DNA of 64,000 nt from a virus (IMGVR_UViG_2832187548_000002:157-64156), one strand, 5' to 3'. Shown: positions 54,434-62,732, numbered from the stretch's first letter. The notes: a model not told the origin generated them from the letters alone. Numbers and translations: made by a program.

Positions 54434-56199
54434 GAGTTCGCCCCCTCGATGATGGAGCGAACCATGTCTATGCGACGGCCAATCCACTGCATGACGTTGG
54501 TCGACATGGACAGGCCGAGCGCCTGGTAGCGCGGCCCATCGGCCGCCATTTTCTTCCCGACCGGAATAAGGGTGTAGCCATCGGGGAAACCCTGCAGGCG
54601 TTCACATTCCACGGGCATGAGGCGGCGCACGCGCCAGTGCGTCAGGACGCCAGCGGTGTAGCCGTCGCCGTCGAGGGCGCCGGAAATCTCAAGGTCGGAC
54701 GTAGGATCCTGCCGGGCGTTGAACGCTATGGCAGGCGGTGCGCCGGAATTGGCGTGGCTGGTGACATGCCCACCGGCCCGCAAGGTCGGGGAGACTTCCT
54801 CCGTCGCATCCGCACCATGGTCTTTCGAACTGAACGCGATGGCGCCCACACCGATGCCGTCGCGTCCGCCGTTCGGCGTCACGATGGTGTTGGCGGTCCC
54901 GTCCTGTCGAAACTCCAATTGCCGAACGTCGCCACGCCCGCGAACCGCCAACGTGATGGGCTCGGCAACAAGCAAGCCCTCGCGGCTTTCATGGTCGCCG
55001 TACTGGTTGCCGGTGAGGGCAGGGGCGACGGGGGCCGCGCCGACTTCCACCGGAATCAGGTGGGAATGCCCGTGCCGCAGATCCTGCCCGCTTGCCCCTT
55101 GCAGCTTGCCATAGCTGGCATCAAGCGTGCTGACGACTTCCTGTATCCGCACCGGAACGATAGGCGTGCCACGTCCCGTGCCGTCTTCGCTGGCGTCGAA
55201 TCCTTCGCCGCGAAGCGAATGGGCAACGAAGGTTTCGCTCTCAAAATCGAGGTGTCCATGCGGCCCGCCGTGCGCCAGGACAGACGTTGCTACCTCAATC
55301 GGGCCACGGGTATTGTTCCCGCCGAACGCCAGGACAAGCCCACCGTCAAGGTCAACGTCGGTGCCGAGGCCACCGCCTGCGTTCACGCGAGCGCTGAGAG
55401 TCGGTGCAACGGGTTGCACTGCGACGACAGGGTCTTGCCCCCGGCCTTCTCCGGCTCTGGCTACGCCGCAGCCGCTTCCGACAATGCTTGGTGCAACGTC
55501 GGCGGCAACGCCTTGCCCCGGTTGGCGGCGCGGCGCAGAATTCCCATGCACGCTTTCGCGCTCAAAAAGTACCGCTGCGGCACGTCGCCAGTCACCAATA
55601 TATCCGACAACGAACACACGGCGTCGACGCTGTGGGATGGCGCGCGGAAACCCGTCCACTCGGACGAATTGAGTGTCAAGCACGCGCCATGCAAGTCCGT
55701 ATGCGCCCTGGTAGCCTTCGACAACGCCCGAAGATCGCCATCCTCCTGCGGGGACGGTGACGCGCTTTCCGGAGAGGAGTCCCAGAAGGCTTGCAAAGTC
55801 GCGTCCTCCTTTGCTTGAAAGGACGCCGAAGACGTTTTCCCAGACCAGCCATGTGGGCCGATATCGGCGAGCAATTGCGCCATAGACGAGCATGAGGTTG
55901 CCACGTTCGCCGTCCAATCCCGCTCTGAGGCCGGCGAGGCTGAAATCTTGGCAGGGGGTTCCGCCGACGAGAAGATCGATAGCTGCATCAGGCCATTCCC
56001 GGTATTTCGTCATGTCCCCGAGGTTGGGAACGTCGGGGTAGTGGTGGGCGAGCACGCGGGAAGCGAAGTCAGGGCCGCGACGGTAATTGTGCTCGGGGTC
56101 GAATTGGGCGAATGCCCACGGCTGCCAGCCAAGCGGACGCCATGCGACGCTCGCGGCCTCGATGCCACTGCACACGCTGAGATAGGTGAAAGGCCTCAT
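54430..56199 (-). CDS. DNA cytosine-5 methyltransferase with long variable region
   Basis: SVCSGIEA, GGTPCQ, WENV, QRRRRVF, RRLMPVECERLQGFP, RYQALG. Confidence 0.92.
   Translation of the reverse strand: MRPFTYLSVCSGIEAASVAWRPLGWQPWAFAQFDPEHNYRRGPDFASRVLAHHYPDVPNLGDMTKYREWPDAAIDLLVGGTPCQDFSLAGLRAGLDGERGNLMLVYGAIARRYRPTWLVWENVFGVLSSKGGRDFASLLGLLSGKRVTVPAGGWRSSGVVEGYQGAYGLAWRVLDTQFVRVDGFPRAIPQRRRRVFVVGYIGDWRRAAAVLFERESVHGNSAPRRQPGQGVAADVAPSIVGSGCGVARAGEGRGQDPVVAVQPVAPTLSARVNAGGGLGTDVDLDGGLVLAFGGNNTRGPIEVATSVLAHGGPHGHLDFESETFVAHSLRGEGFDASEDGTGRGTPIVPVRIQEVVSTLDASYGKLQGASGQDLRHGHSHLIPVEVGAAPVAPALTGNQYGDHESREGLLVAEPITLAVRGRGDVRQLEFRQDGTANTIVTPNGGRDGIGVGAIAFSSKDHGADATEEVSPTLRAGGHVTSHANSGAPPAIAFNARQDPTSDLEISGALDGDGYTAGVLTHWRVRRLMPVECERLQGFPDGYTLIPVGKKMAADGPRYQALGLSMSTNVMQWIGRRIDMVRSIIEGANS
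55461..55988 (-). CDS. Nested out-of-frame ORF in C5 MTase (candidate beta-type subunit)
   Basis: 175 aa ending in protein-like SLSDILVTGDVPQRYFLSAKACMGILRRAANRGKALP. Confidence 0.55.
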   Translation of the reverse strand: MQLSIFSSAEPPAKISASPASERDWTANVATSCSSMAQLLADIGPHGWSGKTSSASFQAKEDATLQAFWDSSPESASPSPQEDGDLRALSKATRAHTDLHGACLTLNSSEWTGFRAPSHSVDAVCSLSDILVTGDVPQRYFLSAKACMGILRRAANRGKALPPTLHQALSEAAAA

Positions 56200-56546
56200 T
56201 GCACGGCCTCGCACACATTCACACGCCCGGCGCGGCGCTGTGTGCTGCGCAGTTCAAGGAACGCTTCGGCGTCCATGCCGCCGCGCTCGTTGTTGCAGCG
56301 CCAGCAGGACAGGACGAGGTTCGACAGGACGTCGGCGCCGCCTTTGACCTTCGGGATAACGTGATCTTCTGTGGCGGCGTGCTTGGGGTGACGCTGCCCA
56401 GCCTTGACCTTGACGATGGAAACCCGGCGTTCACACCAGAAGCAAACGCCATGGTCACGTTCCATCAGGGCGCTGAGGCGCTGCCGTCGCTGGAACCGAT
56501 CTAGGAAGCCTTGTGCAGCCCAAGCCGCAGGGGAACGAGGCGTCAT
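56196..56546 (-). CDS. HNH endonuclease
   Basis: CFWC...TEDHVIPKVKGG...NLVLSCWRCNNERG. Confidence 0.9.
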   Translation of the reverse strand: MTPRSPAAWAAQGFLDRFQRRQRLSALMERDHGVCFWCERRVSIVKVKAGQRHPKHAATEDHVIPKVKGGADVLSNLVLSCWRCNNERGGMDAEAFLELRSTQRRAGRVNVCEAVQ

Positions 56547-56950
56547 GCGGATGCCTCCGCAGTGATCGCGGCAACCGCTGTAGCCTCGGATTTGATGATA
56601 TCCGCCACTTTCTGGCGCATATCGGCGGGAATGCTGTACCCCTTACCCCAAATGGTATTGATCTCAACACCGAATGGGGTCAACTTCCGCCGCACCTTGC
56701 AAATCAGCACGTCGATGATTTTGACGTGTGGGATTTCGTCGGCGGAGAACACATGCGAATAGGCCGCTGTCAGCAGCTGTTCTTTTGTAGCCTGCTCGCG
56801 GCTCAACAAGGCCTTGAACAAGCGTTCTTCAAGTGCGGTCAGACGGAAGCGGGCGGGCAACCAGCCGGGCGGAACAAGGGCGGATTTCAGATAGTCCACC
56901 TCTGCCTTCAGCCTGTCGTTCTCTTCCCGCAGTCGGGCGAGTTCCTGCAT
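56543..56950 (-). CDS. Receiver-less OmpR/CtrA-type winged-helix regulator
   Basis: KIIDVLICKVRRKL...INTIWGKGY; N-terminal coiled coil. Confidence 0.85.
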   Translation of the reverse strand: MQELARLREENDRLKAEVDYLKSALVPPGWLPARFRLTALEERLFKALLSREQATKEQLLTAAYSHVFSADEIPHVKIIDVLICKVRRKLTPFGVEINTIWGKGYSIPADMRQKVADIIKSEATAVAAITAEASA

Positions 56951-56954
56951 GACA

Positions 56955-57494
56955 TCACACCTTCGGTTTGAAGGCGGAACGGCTGGGGGAAGGATCGCCC
57001 ATAAGGTCGGCGGTAACGTCCGCTCGCCGCGTTACGGGCGGCGCCGGAGTGCGCGGAGCCGGCTTGGGCACGGGCCAGAAGCCCACGGGTACGTCAATAA
57101 GTATGGCCCGCTGCAACAGATTCGCGTCGGGCTCGACGGCGATGCGGTCGCCAATGAAGGCGATGCCATCGGGCAGAGGGAAGCGCAGCAGAACAACTTT
57201 ATCGCCGCCCACCACCCTCTTGCCGCGCGGGGCGTCGATTGTTTCGAACCTGCCGAGGTTATCGGCTTTGATGCGAATAGTTCTTGTGCCCTTGTTGTAG
57301 GCGATTGCGAAACGAGGGCCGTGCATCAGGATGTGCGCGACGTCAGGCGGCGCCGTATTCAACCGGAATGTCAGGCTGACGCGCCGCGCGCCGCTCTTGC
57401 CCATCGCAATTGTCGCCATGGTGCAGGGGTGTTTGGTCGGCTTGCCGCTCTCGGGCAGAATTTCTTGAAAGCCGTCGTCATTCTGGCTGGCCAT
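56955..57494 (-). CDS. Hypothetical protein
   Basis: Operon-coupled; C-terminal DVTADLMGDP. Confidence 0.65.
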   Translation of the reverse strand: MASQNDDGFQEILPESGKPTKHPCTMATIAMGKSGARRVSLTFRLNTAPPDVAHILMHGPRFAIAYNKGTRTIRIKADNLGRFETIDAPRGKRVVGGDKVVLLRFPLPDGIAFIGDRIAVEPDANLLQRAILIDVPVGFWPVPKPAPRTPAPPVTRRADVTADLMGDPSPSRSAFKPKV

Positions 57495-57737
57495 TTAGAA
57501 CAAATCTCCCGTCGTCGCCGCCTCGACGGGCGGCGCTTGTTTCGCGCGGTTTGCCAGGGCCTGGTCACGACGGGGCCAGTGCTCAAAGCACCACCAAACC
57601 CCGGCCTTTCCCTTCAGCAGGGCGACGCCTTCGCCATACGTTCCGTCTGCCTCGCAGCCCTCTGCGCAGCAGGGGTGGAGAAACACCGGGTGGGTGTTTC
57701 CCGGCACCATGGCGAGGCGTGGAAGTTTGGCGTTCAT
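57495..57737 (-). CDS. Small Cys/His zinc-finger-like protein
   Basis: HPCCAEGC...WWCFEH. Confidence 0.65.
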   Translation of the reverse strand: MNAKLPRLAMVPGNTHPVFLHPCCAEGCEADGTYGEGVALLKGKAGVWWCFEHWPRRDQALANRAKQAPPVEAATTGDLF

Positions 57738-57823
57738 CGTTTGCGACTCTGTCAATGAATTTGCATTATGCAAACACTGAGCGCGCAGGCAAGCGGTTTG
57801 TCGCCGGCAGCGTTAACGACGTC

Positions 57824-58093
57824 CTACTTTTCCGCCATTACGTCTTTTGGTTTACCAAGTAGGTCATCATAAGAAAATGGGATGCCCAACCTATCCGCCA
57901 GATCGAATACTTTGGCATGATGCTTCATTGGAATTGTGCCTACTAAACCGTCAGCACGTCTTTCGGGGTTATTCCAGCATGAAACAGTAGATGGCGATAC
58001 GCCTATGCCTTGGGCAAATGCTCGATAGTTCCCGTTAGTCAACTTTTTGACCACCATTTCCAATGGTTTTTTTTCTGCGGTGGATAAACTCAT
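57824..58093 (-). CDS. Cro-like HTH repressor
   Basis: YRAFAQGIGVSPSTVSCW...GTIP; divergent from cI. Confidence 0.8.
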   Translation of the reverse strand: MSLSTAEKKPLEMVVKKLTNGNYRAFAQGIGVSPSTVSCWNNPERRADGLVGTIPMKHHAKVFDLADRLGIPFSYDDLLGKPKDVMAEK

Positions 58094-58181
58094 TGATCCG
58101 TTCCGTGTATAAGAGTTTGCGCGTGCATTTGCGGGCCTTTGCGGGCTATTGACAAAAAACGCAAACAGAGGGGTGTGAGAA

Positions 58182-58784
58182 ATGAACCGAGTCGATAAAA
58201 GGTGGTTTCTGGATAGAATCGCCGACGTCGGCACGTCTCAGCGCAGAATCGGCGCTGCAATAGGCGTCGACCCCTCCACTATGTCGCTTCTGTTGGCGGG
58301 CAAACGTCGAATGACGGTGGAGGTAGCCCGAAACCTTGCTTTGCACCTGCAAACGAGCGTGGACGAGGTAATAGCCAGGGCAGGCATTCCGATTGAACCC
58401 GACAATGCCGAACGGTTGCCCATAATCGGCTATGTTGGCGGGGACGGTACCATAAGCTTGGACGCTGAGCCGAAGGGCAAAGTCCCGCCGCCACCCGCCA
58501 TTGTCGGCGATGTATCCGCGCTCGTGATGCGGACGGCGCAAACCGAACTCGACTTCATGAACGGCTGGACCGCGTATATCGGGCCGGAAGAGCGCCGCGA
58601 TTTCGACCGCCACATTGACCGGTTCGTGATTGCGAAAATGCCGAATGAGGCCCCTGTGCTGCGCGTTATTCGGCGCGGCGCTTCCCCCGACGTCTACACC
58701 CTCACTGGCAGCGGGACGTCGGAGCCAATGCACGACGTGCGCCTTGAATGGATCCGGCGCGTGCTTCTCTTCCGCCCGCTCTGA
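58182..58784 (+). CDS. CI-like repressor (XRE HTH plus degenerate S24-like domain)
   Basis: SQRRIGAAIGVDPSTMSLLLAGKRRMT; PIIGYVG-type C-terminal domain; divergent from cro. Confidence 0.85.
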   Translation: MNRVDKRWFLDRIADVGTSQRRIGAAIGVDPSTMSLLLAGKRRMTVEVARNLALHLQTSVDEVIARAGIPIEPDNAERLPIIGYVGGDGTISLDAEPKGKVPPPPAIVGDVSALVMRTAQTELDFMNGWTAYIGPEERRDFDRHIDRFVIAKMPNEAPVLRVIRRGASPDVYTLTGSGTSEPMHDVRLEWIRRVLLFRPL

Positions 58785-58867
58785 TCCGCATTTCACGTCA
58801 ACAACTCGCATCGAGCCGCGCCCATTAGCGTTAACACGCTATCGTCACATTTGGCACGCAAGTGCCC

Positions 58868-58905
58868 TTGACGACTCCCAAAACATATTTGCAATATACA
58901 AATAC
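58868..58905 (+). promoter_or_regulatory. Early promoter with operator A
   Basis: TTGACG then CCAAAACATATTTGCAATATACAAATAC, nearly identical to the 1190-1216 site. Confidence 0.7.
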
Positions 58906-58963
58906 TGACTCGCTGACGCAAATTTGCGGTCGGTCGGTGGCGAGTCATTTTGGGGGGTCATTT

Positions 58964-59947
58964 ATGCCTACGGCAGGACGGTTGCGGTATCCTTATACTA
59001 AATCAATTTGGATTACCGCCAAGACGGAAGAAGATTGGCACAAGCTGCGCGGTGACGACATCACGGCAACTGACGCTGCGGCACTCTTTGGAGTGTCGCC
59101 ATATTCGACGCCTTTCGAATTATATCATCGCAAGGCGGGGACACTCGAAGTCAGCTTCGAGACCACGGAAAGAATGCTTTGGGGGCAGCGTTTGCAAAAC
59201 GCAATTGCCGAGGGCATTTGCGCGGATCGCGGGTGGAAAATCATCAACCGCTCGCCGTGGTTGTATGTCCGCAGCCCGCACTTCGTCGGGATGGGGGCCA
59301 GCCCCGATTACATCATCCACAGCCCCGAGCGCGGGGTGGGCCTGCTGGAAATCAAGAACGTCGATTGGCGCATCGCCAAGGACGGTTGGTCGAAAGAAGA
59401 GGCCCCGGTCCACATCGAACTTCAAATTCAACACCAGCTTGAATGCTCGCAACTGTCATGGGGCGCTATCGGTGGCCTCATTGGCGGCAACGAAGCACAG
59501 GTGTTCGAACGCGAGCGTGACACGGAAGTCGGTGCCGAGATCGGGAACCGCGTCATGGACATGTTGCGTCGCGTTCGCGACAACGACCCGCCCGGCCCGA
59601 ACTATCTGGACGATTTCGACGTCATCAAACGGATTTACCGCGATGCCATGCCGGGCAAGGTCATGGACCTGTCGGATCCGGCCCATTCGGTAATGGCGGC
59701 ACACATCAAGGAATTGTGCGCTGCCGAGCGTGCGGCGGATGCCGCCATGAAGCTTGCCGAGGAAGACAAGAAGCGGGCGCAAGCCGAACTGATCGTCATC
59801 ATGAACGACCACGAACGTGTGTCGGGCATGAAGGAGTTCCGGCTGTCTGCGGTCACGGTGCACACCCCCGAACAGACCGTCACGCGCCGGGCATCGTCCT
59901 ATCGCCGTCTCACCATCACGCCGGTGAAAGAGAGCGCCAGCGCGTAA
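58964..59947 (+). CDS. YqaJ-like viral recombination exonuclease
   Basis: ITATDAAALFGVSPYSTPFELY, GASPDY, LLEIKN, QIQHQL. Confidence 0.9.
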   Translation: MPTAGRLRYPYTKSIWITAKTEEDWHKLRGDDITATDAAALFGVSPYSTPFELYHRKAGTLEVSFETTERMLWGQRLQNAIAEGICADRGWKIINRSPWLYVRSPHFVGMGASPDYIIHSPERGVGLLEIKNVDWRIAKDGWSKEEAPVHIELQIQHQLECSQLSWGAIGGLIGGNEAQVFERERDTEVGAEIGNRVMDMLRRVRDNDPPGPNYLDDFDVIKRIYRDAMPGKVMDLSDPAHSVMAAHIKELCAAERAADAAMKLAEEDKKRAQAELIVIMNDHERVSGMKEFRLSAVTVHTPEQTVTRRASSYRRLTITPVKESASA

Positions 59948-59988
59948 GCGCGCTGGACACCTGCAGCACGTCCAACACGGAGCCTACA

Positions 59989-60957
59989 ATGTCTGAATCA
60001 ACCGCACTCGCGGTCGCCGACTCGCGCCCGCACGCCTCTTCGCAACACGTGTCCGTCTGGCAGTCGCCGGCCTCCTTCGAAGCGGCCCAGCGGATGGCCA
60101 ACGCCCTGGTGCATTCGTCGATGGCGCCGGTAAGCTATCGCGAAAACATGGGCGATGCCCTTATCGCCCTCGACATCGCCCAGCGCATCAACGCCAGCCC
60201 GCTTATGGTGATGCAGAACCTCAATATCATTGAGGGGCGGCCGTCCTGGGCATCGCAGTTCATCATTGCTGCCCTCAACGCCTGCGGCAAGTTCTCGCCA
60301 ATCCGCTTCCGCATCGTCGACGAAGGCGAGAAGACCGTTTCCTATGAGCGCTGGACCGGCCCGAAGGGGGATCGGAAGAAGGAAACGATTTCTGCCAAGG
60401 TACGCAACAAGACCTGCATCGCCACGGCGGTCGAGAAGGCAACCGGCGAGGTCCTGGAAGGCCCCGAGGCTTCTATCGCCATGGCGGTGGCGGAAGGCTG
60501 GTATCACCGCAGCGGCTCCAAGTGGGTGACGATGCCAGATCTCATGCTGCGCTACCGCGCGGCTGCATTCTTCGGCCGGCTGTACGCGCCCGACCTGCTT
60601 ATGGGCTTCCAGACTAACGACGAAGTGAGCGACTTGCAGGACGTCGAATATACGGTCGTGCAGGAAGCCCCAGCCCGGCAGCAGGCACAAACACAGGCCG
60701 CACCCGTCGAGGTTTCCAGCGGCCGGCAGCGCCGCCCGCGCGGCGTGCAGGCGGCTATGGAGAAGGACGACGCTGGGCAGGCCGCCCAAGCCAAGCAGGC
60801 GGCTGCTACGGCCCCTGCACAGGCCCGCACGGCTGCCCCGACCGCCCCGAAGGAAGAGGAAGCCCCGCCGGTCGACCACTATGATGGCCCCGAGGATGGG
60901 GACAACGGCGACTTTGACGGCAACTATGGCGACTCCGAAGACGGGGACACCATCTGA
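59989..60957 (+). CDS. RecT-like ssDNA annealing protein
   Basis: PLMVMQNL.IIEGRPSW, SKWVTMPDLMLRYRAAAFFGR; acidic tail; follows YqaJ. Confidence 0.8.
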   Translation: MSESTALAVADSRPHASSQHVSVWQSPASFEAAQRMANALVHSSMAPVSYRENMGDALIALDIAQRINASPLMVMQNLNIIEGRPSWASQFIIAALNACGKFSPIRFRIVDEGEKTVSYERWTGPKGDRKKETISAKVRNKTCIATAVEKATGEVLEGPEASIAMAVAEGWYHRSGSKWVTMPDLMLRYRAAAFFGRLYAPDLLMGFQTNDEVSDLQDVEYTVVQEAPARQQAQTQAAPVEVSSGRQRRPRGVQAAMEKDDAGQAAQAKQAAATAPAQARTAAPTAPKEEEAPPVDHYDGPEDGDNGDFDGNYGDSEDGDTI

Positions 60958-61175
60958 TGGCAGCCGGCCCCGCTCCAACAGCGGCGCAGTTCCTGACGCC
61001 CGTCCAACTGTCCGAACGGTGGGGCGGGGCCGTCAGCGTGCGTACGCTTGAACGCTGGCGTTCCGAAAACAAAGGCCCGGCGTTCGTCAAACTCAACGGC
61101 ACGGTGATCTATCGCATTGCCGTCATCGAGGCCTATGAGGCCGCAAACACGGGCGGTGGGGGGGCACGCAAATGA
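60957..61175 (+). CDS. AlpA/Xis-like HTH protein
   Basis: FLTPVQLSERW...RTLERWR...GPAFVKL...VIY. Confidence 0.85.
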   Translation: MAAGPAPTAAQFLTPVQLSERWGGAVSVRTLERWRSENKGPAFVKLNGTVIYRIAVIEAYEAANTGGGGARK

Positions 61176-61312
61176 TTTGCGGCGCCACCGTGGAAGGCGT
61201 CTACGCCGTCGCCGTCGCCGCGTTCATGGCCGGCGGCGCCGTGTCTCTCGTCTTCTGCCTGATCTTCTCTCACAGGAATTCACCCGATGGCCGACAAGAT
61301 TCGGACAGCTGA
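61172..61312 (+). CDS. Small single-TM protein (46 aa)
   Basis: ATGA overlap; MICGATVEGVYAVAVAAFMAGGAVSLVFCLIF... Confidence 0.5.
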   Translation: MICGATVEGVYAVAVAAFMAGGAVSLVFCLIFSHRNSPDGRQDSDS

Positions 61313-62108
61313 CGTGCGGGCGGCATTGCGGCGCCGCTATCCCGCTCCCGAGTACGCCACGCTCTTCGAAGTCGGCGACGCTACCGGTGCCAGACATACC
61401 CGCTTTGCCGACGCCATGGTCATGGGGCTATGGCCTAGCCGCGGGCTCGAACTGTGGGGCATGGAGATCAAGATCTCGCGCAAGGATTGGGCGAAGGAGC
61501 GCGCGCAGCCACAGAAGGCCGAAACCATCGCGGCATACTGCGACCGGTGGTGGTTGGTGACCGCCCCGAACGTGGTGCGGGACGAGGCAGAGATTCCGCT
61601 TGCGTGGGGCTGGCTGGAATTCAACGGCAGGGCCTTTGTCCGCCGCCGTGACGCCCAAAAAACGGAAACCGCGCCGATAGACCGGAAATTCCTGGCCGCC
61701 CTTCTGCGGCGCTCCGACGAGGCCACGGCGGCCATGGTAGAGGCGCGGGTCGCCGAGCGCACCAAAGACGTGCAGGAACGTGCTGCCAAGCAGCTGGAAG
61801 ACAACGCCGCCGTCATTGAGACGGAGGTCCAGAACCGGACCCGTGCCTATCAAAAACTCAAGGAAGAGGTCGACGCGTTCGAAAAGGCGGCAGGTTTCAG
61901 GATCTCGCAAGGCTACGGCTGGGGCGGCAGTGGCGACGAAATGGGGCGCTTGGTCGGCGCTATCCGCACCCTCGGCATTGACAATGCATACGGAGGGCTG
62001 GCCACAACCGCGAAGCGGCTGGCTGATTTCGCCCATGGCATCAACAAACAGCTTGCCGCGCTGGGGCTTCCACCCCGAGCGGAGAAGGACGATTCCGCCA
62101 ATGCTTAA
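61287..62108 (+). CDS. MmcB-like PD-(D/E)XK nuclease-fold protein
   Basis: FEV...RFADA...GMEIKISRKDW...K...CDRWWLV...IPLAWG. Confidence 0.75.
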   Translation: MADKIRTADVRAALRRRYPAPEYATLFEVGDATGARHTRFADAMVMGLWPSRGLELWGMEIKISRKDWAKERAQPQKAETIAAYCDRWWLVTAPNVVRDEAEIPLAWGWLEFNGRAFVRRRDAQKTETAPIDRKFLAALLRRSDEATAAMVEARVAERTKDVQERAAKQLEDNAAVIETEVQNRTRAYQKLKEEVDAFEKAAGFRISQGYGWGGSGDEMGRLVGAIRTLGIDNAYGGLATTAKRLADFAHGINKQLAALGLPPRAEKDDSANA

Positions 62109-62511
62109 AGTCTACACCGCGTCCAAACTGGTGCACGGGCCGAAATGGCGTCTGACTGGCCGCGACGAGCCGGGCATCTATTTTCATGCCCGGTGGCTGA
62201 AACATAACGCCATCGGGACGCCAGACATTCCCGAGGAAGCCGAAGATTTCTGGCTGCAAGATGAGCAGGACGTCCGCCAGGCGGATGCCGTGCTTGTCTA
62301 TGCGGAGAAAGGGGAGCACCTGCGCGGGGCGCTCGTCGAGGCGGGCATGGCCTTGGCCTACGGGGTTCCCGTCTTCGTCGTCGGCGAACACGAAGACTAT
62401 GGGACGTGGCAGGAGCACCCCGGCGTTCGGAAGGTGCCGGACATCAAAACGGCCCTCAAGGTCATTGCGGGCCTTCAGCCCAGCTACCGACGAATGCAAC
62501 GGCTTCGGTAA
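62101..62511 (+). CDS. Nucleoside 2-deoxyribosyltransferase-like protein
   Basis: KVYTAS...DEQDVRQADAVLVY...GALVEAGMALAYGVPVFVVG. Confidence 0.75.
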   Translation: MLKVYTASKLVHGPKWRLTGRDEPGIYFHARWLKHNAIGTPDIPEEAEDFWLQDEQDVRQADAVLVYAEKGEHLRGALVEAGMALAYGVPVFVVGEHEDYGTWQEHPGVRKVPDIKTALKVIAGLQPSYRRMQRLR

Positions 62512-62523
62512 GCCAGAATCACC

Positions 62524-62551
62524 AAGCGCCGCAGGAAACTGCGGCGTTTTT
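62524..62551 (+). terminator. Intrinsic terminator
   Basis: GCGCCGCAG-GAAA-CTGCGGCGT followed by T-run. Confidence 0.8.
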
Positions 62552-62600
62552 CATTTCAGGGCTGATTTTGCGCTGATTTGCACCACGCTTCACCGGTATG

Positions 62601-62621
62601 TATTACCTAGATATTACCTAG
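62601..62621. repeat. Tandem TATTACCTAG repeats, putative integrase arm-type sites
   Basis: TATTACCTAG-A-TATTACCTAG about 35 bp from tRNA 3' end; IHF-like TAAGTGCTTGA at 62640-62650. Confidence 0.55.
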
Positions 62622-62656
62622 TTTTCCGGGGAAGGCACCTAAGTGCTTGATATTGC

Positions 62657-62732
62657 TGGCGCTCCCAAGGGGACTCGAACCCCTGTTTTCGCCGTGAGAG
62701 GGCGACGTCCTAGGCCACTAGACGATGGGAGC
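62657..62732 (-). tRNA. tRNA-Glu(CTC), integration target
   Basis: GCTCCCA...TGGGAGCG-CCA cloverleaf; anticodon loop CTCTCAC. Confidence 0.95.

Larger units (their letters stand above)
1..62656. mobile_element. Temperate prophage (lambda-like head, P2-like contractile tail), integrated at tRNA-Glu; left end outside window
   Basis: Integrase at left edge; lysis, tail, head, replication, immunity and recombination modules all present; ends at 3' end of tRNA-Glu, beyond which a host rluD-like gene follows. Confidence 0.95.

Noticed and set aside
58149-58184. Leaderless cI transcript
   Set aside because: TTGACA spacing would allow it, but the -10 is poor and a plausible GAGGGG SD exists; undecidable from sequence
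57780-58860. CtrA binding boxes near the immunity region
   Set aside because: Only isolated TTAAC half-sites seen; no TTAA-N7-TTAA
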